A stretch of 32,000 nt of DNA from Massilicoli timonensis (GTDB lineage Bacteria > Bacillota_I > Bacilli_A > Erysipelotrichales > Erysipelotrichaceae). The stretch is from assembly GCF_900199515.1 (NCBI RefSeq), contig NZ_LT963434.1, positions 1,383,272 to 1,415,271 on the forward strand. Reading direction: 5' to 3'. Positions within the stretch are counted from its first letter, which is position 1, and the number at the start of each line of letters is the position of its first letter. A model generated the notes under the pieces. It was not told the DNA's origin. It searched no databases and saw only the letters and a list, made by a program, of their open reading frames with translations. The position numbers were made by a program, and so were the translations under genes. Positions 18,573 to 25,917 of the stretch are shown one piece after another.

Positions 18573-19709
18573 ATGAAAAATACGTTTGGAAGCAATATTC
18601 AGTACACCCTGTTTGGAGAAAGCCATGGTGAAGCAATCGGTATCGTGATTGACGGATTGCCGGCGGGGATCGCATTAGATCTTGATTTAATGGAAAGACA
18701 GATGGAAAAGCGCAAAGCGAAAGGGAAAATTTCGACACAGCGAAAAGAAGCAGATCAAGTAAAGATCATCAGCGGTTATTTCAACGGTCATACAAGCGGA
18801 ACACCTTTGACGATCCTGATTGAAAATACAAATGTCAAATCACAGGATTATGCGCGAACCCAGATGCTGCTGCGGCCATCGCATGCAGATTACAGCGCAC
18901 ATGTAAAATATCGCGGTTTTGAAGATTATCGCGGCGGCGGACATTTCAGCGGACGATTGACCGCACCGATCGTTGCGGCCGGCAGCATTGCCATGCAAAT
19001 CTTACAACAGTTGGGCGTACAGATCGCAACACATATTGAAAAGCTGCATGATTTAGAAGATGTGCGCTTTGGACAAACGATCGAAGAAGTGGAAACGCAG
19101 ATTGCTTATTTGCAAGATCGCTCATTTCCGACATTAGATGAAACATGTGGAAAAGCAATGATAGAAAAGATCGAAGCCTGTGCAAAACAAAAAGACAGCG
19201 TTGGCGGAATATTGGAAAGTGCAGCGATCCATGTGCCGGCGGGACTAGGCGAACCGTTTTTTGATTCGATCGAGAGCATTCTTGCACATCTGCTGTTTTC
19301 GATACCGGCGGTAAAAGGCGTATCCTTCGGCAGTGGATTTGACTTTGCGAATTTGTATGGGAGTGAAGCGAATGATGCCTTTGCATTAAAAGAAGGAAAG
19401 ATCGTGACCAAAAGCAATCATAATGGCGGAATCAACGGCGGGATCACCAATGGTATGCCAATTCATCTGCATACGGTGATCAAAGCAACCCCATCTATTT
19501 ACCAAGAGCAGGACAGCGTTGATCTGCAAAGCGGAAAAGAAGCAAAACTGACGATCAAAGGCAGACATGATCCGGCTATTTTACACCGGGCGGCGGTCGT
19601 CGTAGACAGTATGATCGCCATTGGCCTATTAGAAGCACTTTGTCAGCAAGAAGCAGGTATGGCGTTGATCAAACAAATGAGCAGTAACGAAAGAGGAATG
19701 ATAGTATGA
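18573..19709 (+). CDS. aroC: chorismate synthase
   Basis: 378-aa ORF. N-terminus reads FGSNIQYTLFGESHGEAIGIVIDGLPAG, with RPSHADY and GRHDP motifs. GGAG lies 8 nt upstream. Confidence 0.95.
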   Translation: MKNTFGSNIQYTLFGESHGEAIGIVIDGLPAGIALDLDLMERQMEKRKAKGKISTQRKEADQVKIISGYFNGHTSGTPLTILIENTNVKSQDYARTQMLLRPSHADYSAHVKYRGFEDYRGGGHFSGRLTAPIVAAGSIAMQILQQLGVQIATHIEKLHDLEDVRFGQTIEEVETQIAYLQDRSFPTLDETCGKAMIEKIEACAKQKDSVGGILESAAIHVPAGLGEPFFDSIESILAHLLFSIPAVKGVSFGSGFDFANLYGSEANDAFALKEGKIVTKSNHNGGINGGITNGMPIHLHTVIKATPSIYQEQDSVDLQSGKEAKLTIKGRHDPAILHRAAVVVDSMIAIGLLEALCQQEAGMALIKQMSSNERGMIV

Positions 19710-20722
19710 TTATTACAATGAAGAAAACGGCAACACAAAAAGATCTCGATTCCATCATTTCTATGATCGAATCAAAAGGATTACATGTCAATATGATTTC
19801 CGGTACAAGTTACAATGTATTCGGTGTAGTCGGTGATACGACGATTTTGGATATGAAGACCATTGAAGCAAATAACAAGGTTGAAAGCGTCATGCGTGTA
19901 TCTGAGCCGTATAAGAAAGTAAACCGGTTATTTCATCCGGAAGATACGATCGTAGATGTAAATGGTATCAAGATCGGCGGAAAAGAGAAGATCGTCGTAA
20001 TCGGCGGACCTTGTTCAGTCGAGGGACAGGAACAAATATCCCGCATTGCCAAAGAAGTAAAAGAAGCGGGAGCGGATATGCTAAGAGGAGGCGCTTATAA
20101 GCCGCGTACTTCCCCATATGCGTTTCAGGGATTAGGTTTTGCAGGCATCATGAATTTGGAACAGGCAAAGAAAGAAACCGGTATGCCGATCGTCAGTGAA
20201 ATCATGAGCGTAGATAAAATTGATGAATTTGTGGAGCATGTGGATATTTTGCAGGTTGGCGCCCGCAATATGCAGAATTTCGATCTGTTAAAAGCACTTG
20301 GTAAAACCAATAAGCCGATCTTGCTGAAGCGCGGACTTTCCAACACGATCGAAGAATGGCTGATGTCGGCAGAATATATCATGGCAGGTGGTAATCCGAA
20401 TGTGATCTTATGTGAACGCGGTATTCGCACCTTTGAAAAATATACGCGCAACACATTAGATCTCAGCGTCATTCCGATCATTAAAAAGAAAACACATCTG
20501 CCGATCATCATCGATCCATCCCATGCGACAGGCGATTGGGAACTGGTGGAAGCAATGAGCTTAGCAGCGATCGCGGCGGGTGCAGATGGTTTGATCATTG
20601 AAGTGCATGACCATCCGGAGTGTGCGTGGAGCGATGGGGCACAGTCATTAAAACCAAAACGCTTCAAAGAACTGATCGAAAAAGGGCGTGTGATCGCCAA
20701 TGTTGTAGGACGCAGCATGTAG
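19706..20722 (+). CDS. aroF: 3-deoxy-7-phosphoheptulonate (DAHP) synthase, type I-beta with N-terminal regulatory domain (copy 1)
   Basis: 338-aa ORF. Core motifs are GGPCSVEG, KPRTSPYAFQGLG and IIDPSHATG. An extra N-terminal domain of about 75 aa is present. The ATG overlaps the aroC stop (ATGA). Confidence 0.92.
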   Translation: MIITMKKTATQKDLDSIISMIESKGLHVNMISGTSYNVFGVVGDTTILDMKTIEANNKVESVMRVSEPYKKVNRLFHPEDTIVDVNGIKIGGKEKIVVIGGPCSVEGQEQISRIAKEVKEAGADMLRGGAYKPRTSPYAFQGLGFAGIMNLEQAKKETGMPIVSEIMSVDKIDEFVEHVDILQVGARNMQNFDLLKALGKTNKPILLKRGLSNTIEEWLMSAEYIMAGGNPNVILCERGIRTFEKYTRNTLDLSVIPIIKKKTHLPIIIDPSHATGDWELVEAMSLAAIAAGADGLIIEVHDHPECAWSDGAQSLKPKRFKELIEKGRVIANVVGRSM

Positions 20723-20732
20723 GAGGAATTTT

Positions 20733-21752
20733 ATGATCATAACCGTAAAGGCGAATATTCCCGAAAAAGAACTGGAACGAATCAAAAGACAGTTTGAAGA
20801 ACAGGGCTTTCAAATCAATGACAGCTGTGGCGCCAATTATCATATATTGGGACTGATCGGAGATACGACCACATTAGATGAAAAATCGATCTTAGCAGAT
20901 CCTTATATTTCACAAGTTACGCGTATCGCCGTTCCTTATAAACAGGCCAGCAGGCAATTTCATCCGGAAGATACGATCGTAGATGTAAATGGTATCAAGA
21001 TCGGCGGAAAAGAGAAGATCGTCATAATCGGCGGACCTTGTTCAGTCGAGGGACAGGAACAAATATCCCGCATTGCCAAGGAAGTAAAAGAAGCGGGAGC
21101 GGATATGTTAAGAGGAGGCGCTTATAAGCCGCGTACTTCCCCATATGCGTTTCAGGGATTAGGTTTTGCAGGCATCATGAATTTAGAACAGGCAAAAAAA
21201 GAAACCGGTATGCCGATCGTATCAGAACTGATGGACAGCGAACAGTTGGAGGAATTTGTCGAACATGTGGATATCATTCAGATTGGCGCCCGCAATATGC
21301 AAAACTTTTCTTTATTGAAAGCGGTCGGAAAGACGAAAAAACCGGTACTGTTAAAAAGAGGGCTGGCAAATACGATCGAAGAGTGGATCATGTCGGCAGA
21401 ATATATTTTGGCGCAGGGCAACCCCAATGTCATCTTGTGCGAACGCGGCATTCGCACCTTTGAAAAATATACGCGCAACACATTAGATCTCAGCGTCATT
21501 CCGATCATCAAAGAAAAAACACATCTGCCGATCATCATTGATCCATCGCATGCGACCGGCGATTGGAAACTGGTAGAAGCGATGAGCTTGGCGGCAGTTG
21601 TGGCAGGCGCAGATGGTTTGATGATTGAAGTGCATGACCATCCGGAATGTGCATGGAGCGACGGTGCGCAAAGCGTAAAGCCAAAACGCTTCAAAGAGAT
21701 CATTGAAAAATGTCGAAAAGCAGCAAAGATCGTCGAAAGGGAATTAGGATGA
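20733..21752 (+). CDS. aroF: DAHP synthase, type I-beta with divergent N-terminal regulatory domain (copy 2)
   Basis: 339-aa ORF. By my count the catalytic core is about 90% identical to copy 1 and the N-terminal 75 aa about 39% identical. AGGAGG lies 6 nt upstream. Confidence 0.92.
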   Translation: MIITVKANIPEKELERIKRQFEEQGFQINDSCGANYHILGLIGDTTTLDEKSILADPYISQVTRIAVPYKQASRQFHPEDTIVDVNGIKIGGKEKIVIIGGPCSVEGQEQISRIAKEVKEAGADMLRGGAYKPRTSPYAFQGLGFAGIMNLEQAKKETGMPIVSELMDSEQLEEFVEHVDIIQIGARNMQNFSLLKAVGKTKKPVLLKRGLANTIEEWIMSAEYILAQGNPNVILCERGIRTFEKYTRNTLDLSVIPIIKEKTHLPIIIDPSHATGDWKLVEAMSLAAVVAGADGLMIEVHDHPECAWSDGAQSVKPKRFKEIIEKCRKAAKIVERELG

Positions 21753-23023
21753 AAGCAATCGTATATCCTTGCACTCCTTTCGGCACCTGTGTCATTCCGC
21801 CAAGTAAATCACTCAGCCATCGTGCGATCATCGCCGCCGCTTTGGCGTCCGGCACCAGTATCATTGAAAATATATCTTATTCAAAGGATATTTTGGCTAC
21901 CATTGAAGCGATACGAACGATCGGGGCGAAGATCACAGAATCAGGAACGACTTTGACGATTCAAGGGATTGGGACGTTGCAAGATCTGCCGCAGAAGATG
22001 ATCGACTGCAATGAATCCGGCTCGACGCTGCGCTTTTTGATTCCCTTATTTGCACTGTCTGAACAAAGCATGATCTTTACCGGAAAAGGGCGATTGTTGG
22101 AACGTCCGCAAAGTGTTTATCAAGAGTTGTTTGCGAAACAAGGGCTGACATTTTTACAAAATAAAGAACAGATCGTCGTGCGGGGACCTTTACAGGCAGG
22201 CGATTATGTACTGGAAGGAAATATCAGCTCACAGTTTATCAGCGGATTATTGTTTGCATTGCCGCTGCTTCCCGCTGCTTCCTCAATTACCGTAAAAGAA
22301 CCGTTTGAATCCGCTTCTTATGTGGAATTGACGATCGATGTTCTAAAACGATTCGGCATTGAGATCATGCGAGAAAGTCACAATCGCTTTATGATCAAAG
22401 GAAATCAACAGTATCAAGCGGCGCATGATCGGGTGGAAAGTGATTATTCACAGGCTGCGTTTTTTGCGGTGTTAGGAGCGTTACATAAGGGAATCACTTT
22501 ATCAAATCTCTCAGTCACCTCGAAGCAAGGAGATCAGGCAATCTTAGCGATATTGGAAAAAAGCGGAATCATCATTGATCAAACGAAGGAAAATGTCGTG
22601 ATTCACGGTGGTGAAGTACAGGGAAGTGAAATTGATTTAGCCGACTGTCCGGATCTTGGACCGATCTTAATGGTACTGGGCGCATTTGCCAAAGGTATGA
22701 CGCATATTTATCATGCCAAACGGCTGCGCTATAAAGAAAGTGATCGAATCGCGGCAATGGAAACAGAACTAAAAAAATTAGGTGTGGAAATTTCCAGCAG
22801 TGAAGATGAGATCTGGATAAAGGGAAGTCCTGCTTATCAAGGCGGCGTTGCACTCGAGGCGCATAATGATCATCGCATCGTCATGAGTTTAGCAGTTGCG
22901 ACGACGCTTTGTAAGAAGCCTTGTGTCATTATCGGGGCGCAGGCAATTTCTAAATCTTATCCGCATTTCTTTGCTGATCTGGAACGCATCCGAGGAAAGG
23001 TCGTGCTGCAGGATGAAAATTAA
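21749..23023 (+). CDS. aroA: 3-phosphoshikimate 1-carboxyvinyltransferase (EPSP synthase)
   Basis: I prefer ATG 21749 (MKAIVYPCTPFGTCVIPPSKSLSHRAII...), which overlaps the aroF' stop (ATGA). The ORF-track start at 21710 lies inside aroF'. Motifs are NESGSTLRFLIPL and DHRIVMSLAVA. Confidence 0.92.
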   Translation: MKAIVYPCTPFGTCVIPPSKSLSHRAIIAAALASGTSIIENISYSKDILATIEAIRTIGAKITESGTTLTIQGIGTLQDLPQKMIDCNESGSTLRFLIPLFALSEQSMIFTGKGRLLERPQSVYQELFAKQGLTFLQNKEQIVVRGPLQAGDYVLEGNISSQFISGLLFALPLLPAASSITVKEPFESASYVELTIDVLKRFGIEIMRESHNRFMIKGNQQYQAAHDRVESDYSQAAFFAVLGALHKGITLSNLSVTSKQGDQAILAILEKSGIIIDQTKENVVIHGGEVQGSEIDLADCPDLGPILMVLGAFAKGMTHIYHAKRLRYKESDRIAAMETELKKLGVEISSSEDEIWIKGSPAYQGGVALEAHNDHRIVMSLAVATTLCKKPCVIIGAQAISKSYPHFFADLERIRGKVVLQDEN

Positions 23024-23897
23024 ACAGGATACCCGGTTTTTGATCATCGGCTTAGGTTTGATCGGCGGCAGTTATGCAATGGGATTAAGCAAAGCGGGCT
23101 ATTCGGTCTTTGCGATCGATCAAGAGCAGGAAGCGATCGACTACGCTTTAGAAAAACAGATGATCGTAAAAGGAGCATGCACAGATGATGAAGGTACGGT
23201 AATCGCTTTGATCAAACAGGCGGACTGCATCTTATTTGGACTTTATCCAAGTGCGATCCTTCCCTGGATCAGCCGATATCAGCAATATATCAAAAGCGGT
23301 GCGCTGCTGAGCGATGTCAGCGGAGTAAAAGCGGCGATCGTCCCTTCTATTCAAGCGGCGCTGCGAAATGATCTGGAATTTATCGGTGCACATCCGATGG
23401 CGGGTAAAGAAGTATCGTCAAATCGATTCAGTGATCCTTCTATTTTCAAGATCGCCAATTTCATTATTACACCAACAGAAAAAAACAGTAGCGCTGCCAT
23501 TGCTTTTATGAAAGAATTTGCGCATCTTTTAGGATTTCATCATACAGCGATATTATCCTTGCAGGAGCATGACCGCATGATCGGCTTTCTTTCTCAATTG
23601 ACGCATATCATAGCGGTTGCTTTGATGAATACAAGTGATAATACACATCTGGCCGAATATACCGGTGATAGTTTTCGTGATCTAACTAGAATTGCGAAGA
23701 TCAATGAACAGCTGTGGAGCGAGTTATTTTTCTTAAATAAGCCGGTGCTTTTGGCAGAGATCGATGCTTTTTCGAAAGCTTTGGCATCACTTAGAAAGGC
23801 ACTGGCCGAAGATGATGAAGAAAAGTTAAAGGAATTGATGCGCTTATCAACGAAGCGCCGTAAAGTATTTGATCAAAAACAGGAGGAACATAATTGA
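23013..23897 (+). CDS. tyrA: prephenate dehydrogenase
   Basis: I prefer ATG 23013 (MKIKQDTRFLIIGLGLIGGSYAMG..., Rossmann GxGxxG); the ORF-track start at 22896 lies inside aroA. The GAHPMAGKE motif is present. It overlaps the aroA end by 11 nt. Confidence 0.88.
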   Translation: MKIKQDTRFLIIGLGLIGGSYAMGLSKAGYSVFAIDQEQEAIDYALEKQMIVKGACTDDEGTVIALIKQADCILFGLYPSAILPWISRYQQYIKSGALLSDVSGVKAAIVPSIQAALRNDLEFIGAHPMAGKEVSSNRFSDPSIFKIANFIITPTEKNSSAAIAFMKEFAHLLGFHHTAILSLQEHDRMIGFLSQLTHIIAVALMNTSDNTHLAEYTGDSFRDLTRIAKINEQLWSELFFLNKPVLLAEIDAFSKALASLRKALAEDDEEKLKELMRLSTKRRKVFDQKQEEHN

Positions 23898-23908
23898 TTC
23901 GTGATCAT

Positions 23909-23931
23909 AAGCAGGCACACGCCTGTTTTTT
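23909..23931 (+). terminator. intrinsic terminator after tyrA
   Basis: CAGGC-ACAC-GCCTG (23912-23925) followed by TTTTTTG. Confidence 0.6.
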
Positions 23932-23966
23932 GATTCTGTGATACAATGATAGAAGAGGTGATGGCG

Positions 23967-24860
23967 ATGATCTTATTTGTCAGCGGCCGCTGTGACATTC
24001 CGGCCTTTTATTCCGAGTGGTTTTTCAATCGGCTAAAGATCGGTTTTGTCGATGTTAGAAATCCATATGATCAGCATCAAATATCGCGTATCCTTTTAGA
24101 TGAGAAGCATATTGACTGCATTGTATTCTGTACCAAAAATCCCCTGCCGTTATTACAGAAACTCGATGCGATTCCATTCCCGTTTTTGGTGCATGTTACA
24201 TTGACACCGTATCATCAGGATATAGAGCCGTTTGTCCCTGATAAAAAACAGATTTTATCCGCAATTCGCACCCTTTCTGAAAAACTGGGAAAAAAACGGG
24301 TAATCGTTCGTTATGATCCGATTTTATTGACGGAACGCTATACGCTTGCTTATCATAAAAAAGCGTTTGCTTCTTTGTGTGAAAAACTAAGCGGCTATGT
24401 GGATACGATCATTATCTCTTTTGTAGATGATTATCGCAATATGCGCAGCCATGCGATCCAAATCAAAATGTACGCACCGAAAGAGGCAGCCTGCCGGGAA
24501 CTGGCAAAGGCATTTTATGACAGTGCCGCAAAGCATCAGATCAGGGTGCAGACGTGTGCGGAAAATATGGATTTGCGGGAATATGGGATCGAAAATCGAC
24601 CTTGTTTTGCGGAAGCAGATCTGAATGATCGCTTACATACGGCAATTTATTTTCAAAAAGGGAAAAGCGTACGGAAAAACTGCAGCTGCCTGCCTACCGT
24701 AGATATTGGCGATTACAATGCCTGTTCCTATCGCTGCCGCTATTGTTATGCCAATTATGATGAATCGAAGATAGCAGAAAATACACATAGGCATGATCCG
24801 AATAGTTCCGTCTTGATCGGACATGTGGAAAAAGAAGATAAAATTACGATCAGAAAATGA
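23967..24860 (+). CDS. DUF1848-like Cys-rich protein (uncharacterised)
   Basis: I prefer ATG 23967, 6 nt after GAGGTG. The N-terminus reads ILFVSGRCDIPAFYSEWFFNRL. The C-terminal cysteine cluster is CSCLPTVDIGDYNACSYRCRYCYAN. The family assignment is from memory of DUF1848 and is not HMM-verified. Confidence 0.6.
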   Translation: MILFVSGRCDIPAFYSEWFFNRLKIGFVDVRNPYDQHQISRILLDEKHIDCIVFCTKNPLPLLQKLDAIPFPFLVHVTLTPYHQDIEPFVPDKKQILSAIRTLSEKLGKKRVIVRYDPILLTERYTLAYHKKAFASLCEKLSGYVDTIIISFVDDYRNMRSHAIQIKMYAPKEAACRELAKAFYDSAAKHQIRVQTCAENMDLREYGIENRPCFAEADLNDRLHTAIYFQKGKSVRKNCSCLPTVDIGDYNACSYRCRYCYANYDESKIAENTHRHDPNSSVLIGHVEKEDKITIRK

Positions 24861-24933
24861 TCATCATATGTGCGTTTTATATGACATAAAGAGAATGCAT
24901 AAAAACGTATAAGATCAACGAGCATACGTTCAT

Positions 24934-24990
24934 AAAAAAAGACTTTGTCGCAAGCGATCAAAAGATCAGGCTGCGAAAAGTCTTTTTCTT
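24934..24990. terminator. bidirectional terminator between the convergent DUF1848 gene and small-peptide gene
   Basis: Long stem AAAGACTTTGTCGCA / TGCGAAAAGTCTTT (24938-24952 / 24972-24985), flanked by an A-run on the left and a T-run on the right. Confidence 0.7.
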
Positions 24991-25032
24991 TATCTGCATG
25001 ATGAAATACTACTTCACAAAGGCAGTACCTTT

Positions 25033-25170
25033 CTAGGAAGGGTGTTGTTCCTCAAACTTTTTATTCTTGGAAGCAACATTCCGATAACCTTTTTCCATTT
25101 TCGGAATGCCGATGCAAAGTGCCGCGATGACAACCGCGATGCAGATACATGCAATGATGATGCCCAGCAT
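25033..25170 (-). CDS. unannotated 45-aa single-pass membrane peptide
   Basis: Below the ORF-track cutoff. AAAGGAGG lies 6 nt before ATG 25170. My translation is MLGIIIACICIAVVIAALCIGIPKMEKGYRNVASKNKKFEEQHPS*: one hydrophobic helix followed by a basic tail. Confidence 0.55.
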   Translation of the reverse strand: MLGIIIACICIAVVIAALCIGIPKMEKGYRNVASKNKKFEEQHPS

Positions 25171-25242
25171 AATAAGCCTCCTTTCTTCATTATGATTTGT
25201 TCAGTTATTACAGAAAGATCTGTAAAGGGTATCTCTATTATC

Positions 25243-25270
25243 ATCATAACGCATTTTAACGATACTGCAA
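25243..25270 (-). promoter_or_regulatory. candidate promoter of the small-peptide gene
   Basis: On the minus strand: TTGCAG (25265-25270), a 16-nt spacer, then TATGAT (25243-25248). Confidence 0.35.
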
Positions 25271-25348
25271 GCGCTTTTATGAAAAATCTTAAAGTTTTTT
25301 TATTTTGTCTGTTATAAAAACCTACTAATGAACACAAATCTATACGAT

Positions 25349-25383
25349 AACAAAAAAGGAACCTCATGCAAAGAAGTTCCTTT
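25349..25383 (-). terminator. intrinsic terminator after nrdG
   Basis: Stem AAAGGAAC/GTTCCTTT (25355-25362 / 25376-25383) is followed on the minus strand by TTTGTTAT. It begins 6 nt after the nrdG stop. Confidence 0.7.
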
Positions 25384-25389
25384 TATGGT

Positions 25390-25917
25390 CTATTCATCAA
25401 GATGCTGATTGACCTCATCATAAGCGCTCAAGATCACCTGCTGCTTTGCCAGCGACTGCTGCACATCAATGATCCGCTGATTTTTGGATCCTTTGAAGCG
25501 CAGTCGATAATCTTTTTGTGCTTCAATGAAACGTCCGTCTACCAATACGTCTATATGTTCCAGCAGTGCTTTTTTCTCTTTGTCACACAGCAGTTCCTCA
25601 AATGTATAACCACTGTATGCCCAGACGTTGAGCTTCATTTCCTCTTTCGCAAAGACAGCGATCGGAATCAGCGCCGCGCTTTGATCAAAGGGTTCACCGC
25701 CGGATAAGGTCAGCCCGCTTTGTAAACGGATCTGTTTCATCTCCTCGATGATACGTGTTACATCCACTGATACACCGCCGTTTGGATCGTGTGTCTGAGG
25801 ATTATGACAGTTTGGGCAGTGATGGGGACAGCCTTGTGTCCAAAGCACCATGCGTAAGCCCGGTCCATCAACGATACTGTCTCTTTGCAGATCAGAAGCA
25901 AGCCTTACACTAAGCAT
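25390..25917 (-). CDS. nrdG: anaerobic ribonucleoside-triphosphate reductase activating protein (radical SAM)
   Basis: 175-aa ORF with VDGPGLRMVLWTQGCPHHCPNCHN (CxxxCxxC) and LSGGEP. Its start overlaps the nrdD end by 8 nt. Confidence 0.93.
   Translation of the reverse strand: MLSVRLASDLQRDSIVDGPGLRMVLWTQGCPHHCPNCHNPQTHDPNGGVSVDVTRIIEEMKQIRLQSGLTLSGGEPFDQSAALIPIAVFAKEEMKLNVWAYSGYTFEELLCDKEKKALLEHIDVLVDGRFIEAQKDYRLRFKGSKNQRIIDVQQSLAKQQVILSAYDEVNQHLDE

Noticed and set aside
18946-21703. Minus-strand ORFs inside aroC and both aroF copies (e.g. 20125-20718, 21278-21703)
   Set aside because: These are antisense shadows. The two in the aroF genes resemble each other only because the sense genes are duplicated.
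25014-25367. 117-aa (-) and 91-aa (+) ORFs from the track
   Set aside because: Neither has an RBS or a plausible sequence. The locus is better explained by the 45-aa peptide in another minus frame, which has a strong SD, plus its promoter.
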